Assembly: GCA_007376295.1 (NCBI GenBank)
Contig: VMGB01000001.1
Coordinates: forward strand, 80,424 to 144,423
Source: Parcubacteria group bacterium Gr01-1014_13
Lineage (GTDB): Bacteria > Patescibacteriota > Patescibacteriia > Magasanikbacterales > GWA2-37-8
Reading direction: 5' to 3'
Length of the DNA stretch: 64,000 nucleotides
Part shown: piece after piece, positions 34,930 to 45,081 of the stretch
How the letters are laid out: each line of letters starts with the position of its first letter
How positions within the stretch are numbered: the stretch's first letter is position 1
Translations under genes and position numbers: made by a program
Notes under the pieces: generated by a model
What the model was told of the DNA's origin: nothing
Databases searched by the model: none
What the model saw: only the letters and a program-made list of their open reading frames with translations

Positions 34930-35901
34930 ATGATTACCGGATTTTGGAAAAAATTAAAAAAACCAATAATGGTTCTGGCGCCGATGGCTAATGTCACCGA
35001 CGCTGCTTTTCGGCAGGTTATTGCCAAATATGGCAAGCCAGACGTGATGTTTACTGAATTTGTTTCTTGCGACGGACTGGTGTCTGCCGGGCAGAAAAAG
35101 TTATTGGTAGATTTTATGTACACCGAATCCGAACGTCCGATTGTGGCGCAGATTTTTGGTTCCAAGCCGGAAAATTTTTATAAAACCGCCCTGCTTATTC
35201 AAGAACTGGGATTTGATGGTATTGATATAAATATGGGTTGTCCGGATAGAAATATAGAAAAACAAGGCGCCGGAGCTTGCTTGATGAAAAATCCAAAATT
35301 AGCCCAAGAAATTATTCGCGAAACTAAACGCGGCGCTGGCAAATTACCGGTGTCAGTAAAAACTCGTATTGGCTACAACAAAAATGAACTTAGCCAGTGG
35401 CTGCCAGCCTTGCTTGAAGCCGAACCAGCTGCCATTACTATTCATGCCCGTACGCGCAAAGAAATGTCTTTGGTGCCAGCGCGTTGGGATACAATTGCCG
35501 AGGCCGTGCGTATCCGCGATCAGTATGGTAGTAAAACTTTAATTTTGGGTAATGGAGATGTAAAAGATCTTGCTGATGCTGAGCAAAAAATAAAAGCGAC
35601 TGGTGCCGACGGAGTAATGATTGGACGCGGAATTTTTGGTAATCCGTGGTTATTTGATAAAAAAATTGATTATGCCAAAATGCCGGTCGCGGAAAAATTA
35701 CGGGTAATGGTGGAGCATACATACTTGTTTGAGAAAGTTCTGGGTGAACACAAAAATTTTGCTATTATGAAAAAACATTACAAAGCCTATGTTAATGGCT
35801 TTGATGGTGCCAAAGAACTTCGAATCAAGCTGATGGAAGGAGCGGAAACGGCAGCGGATGTAGAAAGAATAGTGGCTGATTTTTTACGGACCTTAAATTG
35901 A
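34930..35901 (+). CDS. dus: tRNA-dihydrouridine synthase
   Basis: LAPMA, DINMGCP, SVKTRIG, IHART, GNGD, MIGRG. Confidence 0.95.
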   Translation: MITGFWKKLKKPIMVLAPMANVTDAAFRQVIAKYGKPDVMFTEFVSCDGLVSAGQKKLLVDFMYTESERPIVAQIFGSKPENFYKTALLIQELGFDGIDINMGCPDRNIEKQGAGACLMKNPKLAQEIIRETKRGAGKLPVSVKTRIGYNKNELSQWLPALLEAEPAAITIHARTRKEMSLVPARWDTIAEAVRIRDQYGSKTLILGNGDVKDLADAEQKIKATGADGVMIGRGIFGNPWLFDKKIDYAKMPVAEKLRVMVEHTYLFEKVLGEHKNFAIMKKHYKAYVNGFDGAKELRIKLMEGAETAADVERIVADFLRTLN

Positions 35902-35932
35902 TTTTTTAGCCTAGAAAGGCTATTATTAAAGC

Positions 35933-37036
35933 ATGGAATTCACATATAAATTCTACAATACTACTGCTTTAGCCTGGGAGGGGATGCGCCAGGCAATTTT
36001 GGCTGCAAAAACCTCCATTTATTGGGAAATTTTTACGCTAAGAGATGATTCGGTCGGTAAGCCATTTATAGATCTATTGTGTGAAAAATCCCGAGGCGGC
36101 CTAGACGTTAAATTAATCGCCGATGCTATCGGTAGCTTTTATTTATCCAAAGAGGCTATTTCCCGTTTGAAAAATTCCGGTGTTAAGTTTTTAATGTTCA
36201 ATCATCTGCGACCCGAGTTCGTTTTGCAGAATTGGTGGCGCCGGGCTTGGCACCGCACCCATCGCAAGGTTTTGGTTATAGACAGAGAAGCGGCATTTAT
36301 TGGTGGTGTAAACGTGGCTGAGCATGCCGCTAATTGGCAGGATCTGCATTTGCGGCTCACTGGTAAAATAGTATTACCAATTTTGTTTAATTTTGCCAAA
36401 TCATATGTTATGGCTGGTGGAGACAAAAAAGATGTCGTTGATTTATTGCGGCCGAAATTACTTCCAGATATTAATGAAATTAAAGAAAAAATAAATTTTA
36501 TTTTTCATTCGCCGTTGCGCGGTACTGTTCGGTCACCGTTTAAAAATTTTTATAAACAGGCTTTAGGTAATGCCAAAGACAAATTTAATTTGCTGACTCC
36601 ATATTATGTGCCCGACAAACATTTTTTGGAGCTGGTATCTCGGGCCAAAAATCGGGGAGTAGATATTAATATTATTTTACCTTGGCGGACAGATGAGCGT
36701 GTCATGCAATATTTTGCCCGGATGTTGTACGGAATTTCTTCCAAAGCTGGGGCAGCCTTTCATTTCTTGAAAAAAATGAACCACGGCAAAGCCGTGAGTG
36801 TGGATAATAAATTGGGTATGGTCGGCAGCGCCAACCTAACTCCCCGCAGTTTCTACATCAACCACGAAGCGGGGGTAACTTTTTCCGATCAGCAAATGGT
36901 AGCTGACCTAAATCAAATTTTAGATGACTGGAAAACAGAAGCCATACCTTTGGCTGATTTTGGGTTTGGCAACAAAGTTGGTTGGTATAGAAAATTCAAA
37001 GATTGGTGGATGAATAAATTGCGTGATTACGTTTAA
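35933..37036 (+). CDS. cls: Cardiolipin synthase / phospholipase D family protein
   Basis: Two HKD motifs: HRKVLVID and HGKAVSVD..GSANL. Confidence 0.88.
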   Translation: MEFTYKFYNTTALAWEGMRQAILAAKTSIYWEIFTLRDDSVGKPFIDLLCEKSRGGLDVKLIADAIGSFYLSKEAISRLKNSGVKFLMFNHLRPEFVLQNWWRRAWHRTHRKVLVIDREAAFIGGVNVAEHAANWQDLHLRLTGKIVLPILFNFAKSYVMAGGDKKDVVDLLRPKLLPDINEIKEKINFIFHSPLRGTVRSPFKNFYKQALGNAKDKFNLLTPYYVPDKHFLELVSRAKNRGVDINIILPWRTDERVMQYFARMLYGISSKAGAAFHFLKKMNHGKAVSVDNKLGMVGSANLTPRSFYINHEAGVTFSDQQMVADLNQILDDWKTEAIPLADFGFGNKVGWYRKFKDWWMNKLRDYV

Positions 37037-37047
37037 TTTTATATAGT

Positions 37048-37788
37048 ATGAAGTTGACATTTTTAGGTACAAACGGTTGGTTTGATTCTGCCACCGGCAA
37101 TACGCCTTCGGCCGTGTTAGAAACAGAGAATTACAATATTATTTTCGATGCTGGATTTGGTTTGGCCAAAGCTGATACCTGTCTAAATCCGGACAAACCC
37201 ACCTTTTTATTTATCAGCCATTTTCATATCGATCATATTTGCGGGCTGCACGCTTTGCCAAAACTTAATTTTAAACAGCCTCTCACTATTTTTGGACGCA
37301 AAGACTTAAAAAAACTTTTTAAAACAGTAATTAATTATCCCTACGGAGCCCCTGTATCTTTTTTGAATTATAAAGTAAATCTGGTGCCTCTAAAAGAGGG
37401 GAGTTACAACAAACCTTTTAGTTTTGTCTGTAAACAATTAAAACACACCAATGGTGCCATGGGTTACCGCATCCAGGTAAACAACAAAGTTGTGGTGTAT
37501 TGTTCCGATACGGCTATTTGTGAAAATGATGCGCTTTTAGCCCAGGATGCTGATTTACTTATCCACGAGTGTGCTTTTGTGCCCGGTGAAGTTTCCGATT
37601 GGGGTCATTCCAATCCGGAACAAGTGGCGACTATGGCTAAACAGGTAAATGTAAAAAAACTAGCACTCACTCATTTTGGCGCGGCCAGGTACCATAATTT
37701 GGAAATTAGAAAGAATGCTGAAAACGTGGCCAAAGCCATTTTCCCAAACACTATCGCCGCTACCGACGGGCTCGTTCTTATGGTATAA
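37048..37788 (+). CDS. RNase Z-like MBL-fold metallo-hydrolase
   Basis: FLGT, DAG, SHFHIDH, SDT, HEC, GHS, LTH. Confidence 0.85.
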   Translation: MKLTFLGTNGWFDSATGNTPSAVLETENYNIIFDAGFGLAKADTCLNPDKPTFLFISHFHIDHICGLHALPKLNFKQPLTIFGRKDLKKLFKTVINYPYGAPVSFLNYKVNLVPLKEGSYNKPFSFVCKQLKHTNGAMGYRIQVNNKVVVYCSDTAICENDALLAQDADLLIHECAFVPGEVSDWGHSNPEQVATMAKQVNVKKLALTHFGAARYHNLEIRKNAENVAKAIFPNTIAATDGLVLMV

Positions 37789-37798
37789 TAGATCTCGT

Positions 37799-38533
37799 AT
37801 GTTAAGTTATTTTTGGTATACATTTCTCTACCAGCCCCTTTTCAACGCTCTAATCTGGATATATCTAAATATTGCTGACAGAAATTTGGGCTGGGCCGTA
37901 ATTTGGCTCACTATTTTTTTGCGTATTATTCTTTTACCCCTTACCATCATTTCCGAACGCGATGCAGCTAAACAAAAAAATGTTGAAGAAGAAGCCAGGC
38001 ATGCGGCTAAAGCTTTCAAAAATGATGCCGTAGCCCAAAAAGAAGAAATCAGAAAAATTATGAGGAAAAACAGGGTTTCTCCTTGGGCCAAAGTGATGAC
38101 CCTGGGATTCCAGTTGTTGGTATTGATACTTTTGTATCAGGTTTTTTTACGCGGTATTACCGGCGAGCGGGTTATAAAACTTCTTTATCCTTGGATTGAT
38201 TTCCCTGGCAAGATTAATACAATTTTTTATGGGTTTGATATCGGTCAACCTCACAGCACTTTTTGGGCTGGTTTAACCGCGTTATATCTTTTTATTTCGA
38301 TATTTTTGAGCGAAAGATCAGGCGGCAGAAAAAAACGTTCCAAAACCACTTTTTTGTTTCTCTTCCCACTATTTACTTTTGCCGCTCTTTGGTTTTTGCC
38401 GATGGTAAAAGCACTTTTCATTTTGACAACCATGATTTTCTCTGATATCATTACCATGATCAGAAAGACTCTCATGCCTGAAAAGACAGAAAAGAAAGAA
38501 GAAGGAAAACCAAAGACAGCTACAAAAAAATAA
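37799..38533 (+). CDS. yidC: YidC/Oxa1 family membrane protein insertase
   Basis: YQPLFNAL, GWAVIWLTIFLRIILLPL, coiled hairpin, Q...LYQVF. Confidence 0.8.
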   Translation: MLSYFWYTFLYQPLFNALIWIYLNIADRNLGWAVIWLTIFLRIILLPLTIISERDAAKQKNVEEEARHAAKAFKNDAVAQKEEIRKIMRKNRVSPWAKVMTLGFQLLVLILLYQVFLRGITGERVIKLLYPWIDFPGKINTIFYGFDIGQPHSTFWAGLTALYLFISIFLSERSGGRKKRSKTTFLFLFPLFTFAALWFLPMVKALFILTTMIFSDIITMIRKTLMPEKTEKKEEGKPKTATKK

Positions 38534-38568
38534 TCTCTTAATTTTTAATTCGTAATTCACAAGTTAAT

Positions 38569-39135
38569 ATGTCCGACGATTCATTGGATAAATTAATGTA
38601 TTCCTTCGTGATGGACGATGTCTTAAAAGGCGTTTTTATCAGCGTCCCACCAGGATACGTAGCCTGTGTTTACGATTTGGGCAGGGGAGTATTAAAAAAA
38701 GTTCTCACACCCGGTTTACATTTGAAAATTCCTTTTTGGCAAAAGGCCAAGCTGTTTAATACTCAAACTTTGGAATATAGTATTTCCCGACAGTTTAATC
38801 CTGAACATGAAAAGTCATTGGGCGACATCCCGATCGCTGCCGGCACCAAAGATGGCCAACGAGTTGGGGTAGAAGGTACAATCTTATTACGCCTCGATGT
38901 TCATCAGGTACCATCTATCTGGCAAACTATCGGCGAGGACTTTGTGGCCAAGATTGTCCGTCCTACTATCCGTAGCCGCATACGCATGGTATTTAGCAAA
39001 TTTGATTACCAAGATATAGTTGGGGCTAAGCGAGATTCGGTAGAGATGGAGTTGAAAAATGAATTGGAACGAATCTTCTATGCTCGCGGAATATATGTAG
39101 AAAATGTGTTGCTTAGCGAAATAGCCAAGATCTAG
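38569..39135 (+). CDS. SPFH/band 7 (prohibitin-like) domain protein
   Basis: VPPG...G.....L.PGLHLKIPF, TKDGQ, IVRPTIRS. Confidence 0.85.
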   Translation: MSDDSLDKLMYSFVMDDVLKGVFISVPPGYVACVYDLGRGVLKKVLTPGLHLKIPFWQKAKLFNTQTLEYSISRQFNPEHEKSLGDIPIAAGTKDGQRVGVEGTILLRLDVHQVPSIWQTIGEDFVAKIVRPTIRSRIRMVFSKFDYQDIVGAKRDSVEMELKNELERIFYARGIYVENVLLSEIAKI

Positions 39136-39329
39136 GCTAAAAATACGAAATATATTAAAAAACCGACCCTGTGGATAACTCGGTCGGTTTTTGTATTGGG
39201 TATATTTTGGCTAACCTATCACATTATTTGCCCAAAGCCCTTGACAAAACAATCAAAATGTGATAAACTGCGACCTCAAGCTAGGGATTTACCCAAAGGC
39301 TTGAGATAACCCCGTTTCGGAGGATAACT

Positions 39330-39752
39330 GTGAAGAATTTGCTCATTTCTCTACTCATCTTGACCGTCACGATCTCGTTCCAACCGGCTTACGCCGACGG
39401 GTATGGGCTCGGGCGGGCCGAACTAAACAAGGTTCTCGAGCCTCTCCGGTCCAGCATCAACCGTTGCTACCTCGCCAATGCAGGTGAGCGCGGCGGTCGT
39501 CTGGATCTCACGCTCGAAATCAGCCGCTACGGCTCGGTGTACACTACTGATGTTTCTACACCAGATCTGCGCAACAAGTTCGTCGCGCGCAAGATCAGCG
39601 CCTGCGTTCGAGGTATCGTCAAGGACTTGGCGTTCCCGACACGCAAAGCAGCGACTACATCCAAGTTCTCGTACATCTTTCATAAGGCACGCTCCCCAGG
39701 CGATGGCCCGCAGCTAAGCTGCTGGAATCCCCGCGGTTGTCCGGGTAAGTAG
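39330..39752 (+). CDS. Exported AgmX/PglI C-terminal (TonB-C-like) domain protein
   Basis: Signal peptide, INRCY...G.L...I...G.V, SACV.......FP pattern; GC-richer than flanks; GGAGG SD. Confidence 0.7.
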   Translation: MKNLLISLLILTVTISFQPAYADGYGLGRAELNKVLEPLRSSINRCYLANAGERGGRLDLTLEISRYGSVYTTDVSTPDLRNKFVARKISACVRGIVKDLAFPTRKAATTSKFSYIFHKARSPGDGPQLSCWNPRGCPGK

Positions 39753-39779
39753 CCAATATAACAAGTTGGCCACGACCCA

Positions 39780-39808
39780 AGGCTCCTTAACCAGGAGCCT
39801 ATTTTTTT
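39780..39808 (+). terminator. Intrinsic terminator
   Basis: AGGCTCCT-TAACC-AGGAGCCT plus T run. Confidence 0.75.
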
Positions 39809-39849
39809 GTCTAATACACTTCTTGACGCGTCTTTTGGGTTATGATATA

Positions 39850-39876
39850 TTATCACTCGTAAGGTTTGAGTGATAA
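39850..39876 (+). promoter_or_regulatory. Variant CIRCE operator
   Basis: TTATCACTC-N9-GAGTGATAA immediately upstream of hrcA (canonical TTAGCACTC-N9-GAGTGCTAA). Confidence 0.88.
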
Positions 39877-39881
39877 TTTGT

Positions 39882-40562
39882 ATGGATAGCCGTAAAGAAA
39901 AAATTTTAAATTTAGTTATAGAAAATTATATCGCCAATGCTGAGCCGGTTGGCTCCAAATTTTTGGTATCAATCGGAGATTTAGATCTTAGCGAAGCTAC
40001 TGTGCGCAATGAACTGCGCGCTTTAGAAGAAGAAGGCTATCTTACTCATCCGCATACTTCAGCTGGCCGTATCCCGACAGAAAAGGGCTATAGATATTAT
40101 ATTAAAAACCTCAATTTGGCTAAAAGCCAGATTTCCAAAAATGATAGCAAAGTTTTAGAAAATTCTTTGGACAAAGCTACTGATCAAGAATTGGCTTTTA
40201 AAAATATGGCTAGGACAATGGTAGAGTTGTCTAATGAAACAGTAGTCATTGCTTTTTCTCCGGAAAATATATACTATACTGGCTTGTCTAATCTTTTTAA
40301 CAAACCAGAATTTGATCGGTTAAGTCTGATAGCGGACATTTCCGAAGTTTTCGACAACTTTGAAGATTCTTTGGAAGGTTTTTTTGAAAAAGTAGATAGT
40401 AATCCACAGTATTTTATCGGTGATGAACATCCGTTTGGAGAAATGCTTAGTGTTTTATCTATGCGGTTTGGTAAGGATGGTTTGGTAGCGATTTTGGGAC
40501 CTAAGAGAATGGATTACAGATACAATTTTGGTTTGATGAAAAAATTATTGGAATTAATTTAA
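39882..40562 (+). CDS. hrcA: Heat-inducible transcription repressor HrcA (short form)
   Basis: EPVGSK, SEATVRNEL, HPHTSAGRIPTEKGYRYY, ILGPKRMDY. Confidence 0.92.
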   Translation: MDSRKEKILNLVIENYIANAEPVGSKFLVSIGDLDLSEATVRNELRALEEEGYLTHPHTSAGRIPTEKGYRYYIKNLNLAKSQISKNDSKVLENSLDKATDQELAFKNMARTMVELSNETVVIAFSPENIYYTGLSNLFNKPEFDRLSLIADISEVFDNFEDSLEGFFEKVDSNPQYFIGDEHPFGEMLSVLSMRFGKDGLVAILGPKRMDYRYNFGLMKKLLELI

Positions 40563-40566
40563 AATT

Positions 40567-41058
40567 ATGTCTGACGAACAAGAAAAAATTAACGAAGAGT
40601 TGCCAGGCGAACTTGATATCGCCAAGGCACAAGCTGAGGAATACAAAGCTAATTGGCAACGGGCTTTGGCTGATTACCGAAATTTACAAAAAGAAACAGC
40701 AGCCATGCGATCCCAGTGGGCGCAGATGAGTGAAGAGCAGATTTTACAGAATTTTATTCCGGTTTACGAAAATTTTAAAAAAGCGTTTAGCGCTAATCTG
40801 CCAACAGGCGATAACGAAAAGCAGTGGCAAAGCTGGAAACAGGGAATAGAATATATAATGAAGCAATTTCGTGATGTGCTGAAAGGTTATAATGTACAGG
40901 AGATAAAAACAGTGGGAGAAAAATTTGACCCACGTCTACATGAAGCGATTAGTGAAGAGGATGGCGCTGACGCGGGGGTTATTATAAAAGAAGTAGAGGG
41001 TGGATATAAAATGGGGGACAAGGTTATTAAACCGGCACGGGTGGTTATTAGTAAATAG
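40567..41058 (+). CDS. grpE: Nucleotide exchange factor GrpE
   Basis: RALADYRN, GEKFDPRLHEA, GY....VIKPARV. Confidence 0.95.
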   Translation: MSDEQEKINEELPGELDIAKAQAEEYKANWQRALADYRNLQKETAAMRSQWAQMSEEQILQNFIPVYENFKKAFSANLPTGDNEKQWQSWKQGIEYIMKQFRDVLKGYNVQEIKTVGEKFDPRLHEAISEEDGADAGVIIKEVEGGYKMGDKVIKPARVVISK

Positions 41059-41076
41059 TCTAATTAAAAATTAAAT

Positions 41077-41553
41077 ATGGAAAAATATCAAAAATATAAT
41101 TTAAGTTTACAGCTAGTAGTTTGGATTAGCGCTATAGTAATTGGTGCTTTTCAAATTAGTATAAATAACCGATTAAAAAATTTGCAAGATGTTGTAGCTA
41201 TTTTTGCTGTACCAGATGATGGGGCAATCCAAATTCACAATGTCGGTAAGGTTAATTTATATTTACACAAATTTGAGTTACCGGGTAAGGTGCATAATTT
41301 TGAAAGACCGAGGCTGTTGCCAGCCGGGACAGGTAATAGCGCATATAATTGGGTTCCTTTGCCCACAGGTTTAAAGGATGGCGAGGAGTTTGATTTTAAA
41401 CTTTATCTGACTGACAATTTTAATAATAAATGGATTGCAGAAATGGGTGGAAAAATGGGGATGAAAACGTCTGTTATTAATGGAAAGGAACAAAAATTAC
41501 CTATATTTATCGTATGGTCTTATCAAACTTATAAAAAAGACTGGAATTTCTAA
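41077..41553 (+). CDS. Hypothetical protein with N-terminal TM
   Basis: 158-aa ORF between grpE and dnaK; no recognised motif. Confidence 0.65.
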   Translation: MEKYQKYNLSLQLVVWISAIVIGAFQISINNRLKNLQDVVAIFAVPDDGAIQIHNVGKVNLYLHKFELPGKVHNFERPRLLPAGTGNSAYNWVPLPTGLKDGEEFDFKLYLTDNFNNKWIAEMGGKMGMKTSVINGKEQKLPIFIVWSYQTYKKDWNF

Positions 41554-41576
41554 GTAATTAATAAATAAATATTCAT

Positions 41577-43472
41577 ATGGCAAAAGTTCTAGGAATCGAT
41601 CTAGGTACAACCAACTCCTGCATGGCCGTTATCGAAAGCGGACAGCCAAGAGTAATAGAAAATAAAGAAGGCGCTCGCACTACCCCCTCCATTGTCGCTA
41701 TTTCCAAAACTGGCGAACGTTTGGTTGGTCAGTTGGCTAAGCGTCAATCTATAACTAACCCGCAAAATACTTTATATTCCATCAAACGTTTAATCGGCCG
41801 ACGTTTTGAAGACCAAGAAGTCCAGCGCGACTTGGCGCTTTTGCCATATAAAATAGTAAAGAGCGGCGACGGAGTAAAAATAGAAATGCAAGGCAAGGAA
41901 TATACACCCCAAGAAATTTCGGCCATGATTTTAGGGAAAATGAAAGCTGATGCCGAAGAAAAATTGGGTGAAACTATTACCGAAGCAGTTATTACCGTAC
42001 CGGCTTATTTTGATGACGCGCAACGTCAGGCTACCAAAGATGCTGGCGCTATTGCGGGATTAAATGTACTTCGTATTATCAACGAACCAACTGCTGCCGC
42101 CCTGGCTTATGGTTTCGATAAAAAGAAAGATCAAAAAATTGCTGTCTACGATTTGGGCGGCGGAACTTTTGATATCTCTATTTTAGAAGTAAGCGCCGAC
42201 ACCGTGCAGGTTTTGTCTACTAATGGTGATACTCACTTGGGCGGAGATGACTTTGATAATATTATTATCAATTGGATTAATGATGAATTTAAGAAAGATA
42301 GCGGTATTGATTTAAGTAAAGATCTTTTATCAAAACAACGCATAAAAGAAGCGGCTGAAAAAGCTAAGATAGAGTTGTCCACAGCCCAAGAAACCGAAAT
42401 TAACCAGCCGTTTATAACTTCCGACTCTACCGGACCAAAACATTTGGTAATGAAATTAACTAGAGCTAAATTGGAAGAATTGGTAGGGGATTTGGTAGAT
42501 AAAACTATGGCTCCAGTACGCAAAGCTTTGGAAGATGCCAAGCTTTCGGCTGGTGATTTAAATGAAGTGGTAATGGTTGGTGGTATGACCCGCATGCCTT
42601 TAGTACTGCAAACTGTAGAAAAATTCTTCAACAAAAAACCAAATATCAGTGTGAATCCGGATGAAGTGGTAGCTGTAGGCGCAGCTGTACAAGCCGGTGT
42701 ATTAAAAGGTGAAGTGCATGATGTTTTGCTTCTTGATGTTATTCCTTTGTCATTTGGTTTAGAGACCATGGGTGGAGTAATGACCAAACTTATTGAACGC
42801 AACACTACTATACCTACTTCCAAAACCCAGGTATTTTCTACTGCGGCCGATAATCAGCCAGCTGTAGAAATTAATGTTTTGCAAGGTGAACGCCCTATGG
42901 CTGCAGACAACAAAAATCTAGGCAGATTTATTTTAGACGGTATTCCACCAGCTCCGCGCGGAGTTCCTCAAGTTGAAGTTACTTTTGATATCGATGCCAA
43001 TGGTATCTTGAATGTTAAAGCCAAAGATAAAGCCACTAACAAAGAGCAATCAATTCGCATTGAAGCCTCTACCGGTTTATCTAAAGAAGAGGTAGAGAAA
43101 ATGAAAAAAGATGCTGAGACTCATGCTGAAGAAGACAAGAAAAAACAAGAATTGATTGAAACAAAAAATATTGCCGATACGATGGTATATACTACCGAAA
43201 AAATGATGAAAGAAGTGGAAGAAAAGAAAGTTGATGTTAGCGAGGATGAGAAAAGTAAAGTAAATGAAGCCGTAAAGGCCTTGAAAGAAGTAAAGGACAA
43301 AGATAATGTAGAAGCAATTAAAAAAGCTTCGGAAGAATTATCTAAAGTTGCCCAGGCTGTGGGTACAAAAATGTACCAGGCCCAGCAAGCTGCTCAGCCT
43401 TCTGCAGAAAAGAAAGATGAAAAAGGTAACGAAGGCCCAATAGAAGGCGAAGTTGTTGATGAGAATAAATAA
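41577..43472 (+). CDS. dnaK: Chaperone DnaK
   Basis: [30 protein letters not shown]. Confidence 0.98.
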   Translation: MAKVLGIDLGTTNSCMAVIESGQPRVIENKEGARTTPSIVAISKTGERLVGQLAKRQSITNPQNTLYSIKRLIGRRFEDQEVQRDLALLPYKIVKSGDGVKIEMQGKEYTPQEISAMILGKMKADAEEKLGETITEAVITVPAYFDDAQRQATKDAGAIAGLNVLRIINEPTAAALAYGFDKKKDQKIAVYDLGGGTFDISILEVSADTVQVLSTNGDTHLGGDDFDNIIINWINDEFKKDSGIDLSKDLLSKQRIKEAAEKAKIELSTAQETEINQPFITSDSTGPKHLVMKLTRAKLEELVGDLVDKTMAPVRKALEDAKLSAGDLNEVVMVGGMTRMPLVLQTVEKFFNKKPNISVNPDEVVAVGAAVQAGVLKGEVHDVLLLDVIPLSFGLETMGGVMTKLIERNTTIPTSKTQVFSTAADNQPAVEINVLQGERPMAADNKNLGRFILDGIPPAPRGVPQVEVTFDIDANGILNVKAKDKATNKEQSIRIEASTGLSKEEVEKMKKDAETHAEEDKKKQELIETKNIADTMVYTTEKMMKEVEEKKVDVSEDEKSKVNEAVKALKEVKDKDNVEAIKKASEELSKVAQAVGTKMYQAQQAAQPSAEKKDEKGNEGPIEGEVVDENK

Positions 43473-43478
43473 AATTTA

Positions 43479-44567
43479 ATGTCCAAAGACTATTACAAAA
43501 TTCTTGGCGTAGACAAGAACGCTTCGGCCGATGATATCAAAAAGGCTTTTAAGAAGTCTGCTATGCAGCATCATCCGGATAGGCCAGGCGGAGACGAAGC
43601 CAAGTTCAAAGAGGTAAATGAAGCCTACCAGGTCTTAAGCGATGCGGAAAAACGCAAACGCTATGATCAGTTTGGCTCTGATTTTGAACAACAGGGTGGA
43701 TTTGGCGGGGGAATGAATTGGGAAGATTTTATGAGCCAAGCCAGAAGTGGTGGCGCATCTAGTTTTGGTGGAGATTTTGGTGATCTTGGGGATATCTTTG
43801 GTAGTTTTTTTGGTGGGGGCCGAAGTCAAAGCAGAGGACCGGCCAGAGGCAGGGATATTCAAGTAGATGTAGAGATTGATTTTAAAGAAGCTGCTTTTGG
43901 AGTAGAAAGAGAAATGTCTTTACGCAAGCAAGATAAATGTGATGTTTGTAACGGTACGGGTGGCGAGCCAGATAGCAAGATGGAAAAATGTTCTACTTGC
44001 AAAGGCCAAGGCCAAGTAGTGCAAACTCAAAGAACTATTTTGGGGGCTATGCAAACAGTGGCAACTTGTCCGGATTGCCATGGGCGAGGCGAAAGAGCGG
44101 CTAAAAAATGTAAACATTGTGGCGGCGATGGTATTTTGGCAAAAACTTCTAATGTTAAAATTAAAATTCCTGGTGGCATAGACAATGGCCAGTCTATTCG
44201 TTTGGAGGGTTATGGCGAAACTGCTCCGCACGGCGGCGGAAGCGGCGATCTTTATGTGCGCGTACACGTCAAACCATCAAAAGTTTTCCAGCGTGAAGGC
44301 TATGATGTTTATACGCAGGCCGAGATCAGTTATCCGCAGGCAGTTTTGGGTGACCATATTGAAGTAGAAACTTTAGATGGTATAATAAAAATAGCTGTGC
44401 CCGAAGGCACAGAGTCTGGTCAGCTGATACGAATCAAAGGAAAGGGGATTCAACACCTGCAAAGAAACAACCGAGGCGATCACTATGTGAAAGTTAAAAT
44501 TAAAGTCCCTAAAAAATTAAGCAAAGAAGCAAGAAAGAAATTAGAAGAATTGAAAACAGAATTGTAA
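43479..44567 (+). CDS. dnaJ: Chaperone DnaJ
   Basis: J domain HPD, G/F region, four CxxCxGxG repeats. Confidence 0.97.
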   Translation: MSKDYYKILGVDKNASADDIKKAFKKSAMQHHPDRPGGDEAKFKEVNEAYQVLSDAEKRKRYDQFGSDFEQQGGFGGGMNWEDFMSQARSGGASSFGGDFGDLGDIFGSFFGGGRSQSRGPARGRDIQVDVEIDFKEAAFGVEREMSLRKQDKCDVCNGTGGEPDSKMEKCSTCKGQGQVVQTQRTILGAMQTVATCPDCHGRGERAAKKCKHCGGDGILAKTSNVKIKIPGGIDNGQSIRLEGYGETAPHGGGSGDLYVRVHVKPSKVFQREGYDVYTQAEISYPQAVLGDHIEVETLDGIIKIAVPEGTESGQLIRIKGKGIQHLQRNNRGDHYVKVKIKVPKKLSKEARKKLEELKTEL

Positions 44568-44583
44568 ATAATGTTTCTGCCGT

Positions 44584-45081
44584 ATGAATAAGAAAGCAGA
44601 ATTTGAAAAATTTTATAGTACACATGTAGACAAGGTTTATCGCTTTGTCTATTTTCGTATCGGCGCAGACAAAATGTTAGCTCAGGATTTAGTATCGGAA
44701 ATCTTTATTAAAGCACTGGAACATTTTGTGGATTATGATGAGAAAAAAAGTCATTCGGCTTGGATCTTCACTATTGCCAGGAACCACTTGGCAAACCATT
44801 GGCGGGATAAAAAACCTACCAGCCCCTTGCCCGAAGACGAAAACAACTCAAATGAGGATTTTTGGCTAAAATCAGCCATTAATTCGGGTAAAAAAGATAT
44901 GGCAAAGCATCAAATTAGGGAGTTGCTCGAAAAACTCGATGAGAATAGCCGAGAAATTGTAACTTTTCACTATCTTTTGGGGTATAGTTATGCAGAGATA
45001 GCAGATATGAAGGATATGTCTGAAACTGCTATAAAAGTAGCCGCGCACAGGGCTCTTAAAAAATTATCCGAAATTGTATGA
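44584..45081 (+). CDS. ECF RNA polymerase sigma factor
   Basis: AQDLVSEIFIKA, WIFTIARN, SYAEIA...SETAIKVAAHRA. Confidence 0.92.
   Translation: MNKKAEFEKFYSTHVDKVYRFVYFRIGADKMLAQDLVSEIFIKALEHFVDYDEKKSHSAWIFTIARNHLANHWRDKKPTSPLPEDENNSNEDFWLKSAINSGKKDMAKHQIRELLEKLDENSREIVTFHYLLGYSYAEIADMKDMSETAIKVAAHRALKKLSEIV

Noticed and set aside
39157-39193. DnaA box TGTGGATAA in a hairpin loop (and TTATCCACA at 17512) as oriC
   Set aside because: Isolated single boxes with no cluster and no dnaA/dnaN nearby.
42233-42823. 196-aa antisense ORF in dnaK, and similar shadow ORFs in typA, sufC and the S-layer gene
   Set aside because: Antisense open frames are a known by-product of codon bias in conserved genes; no independent coding signals.
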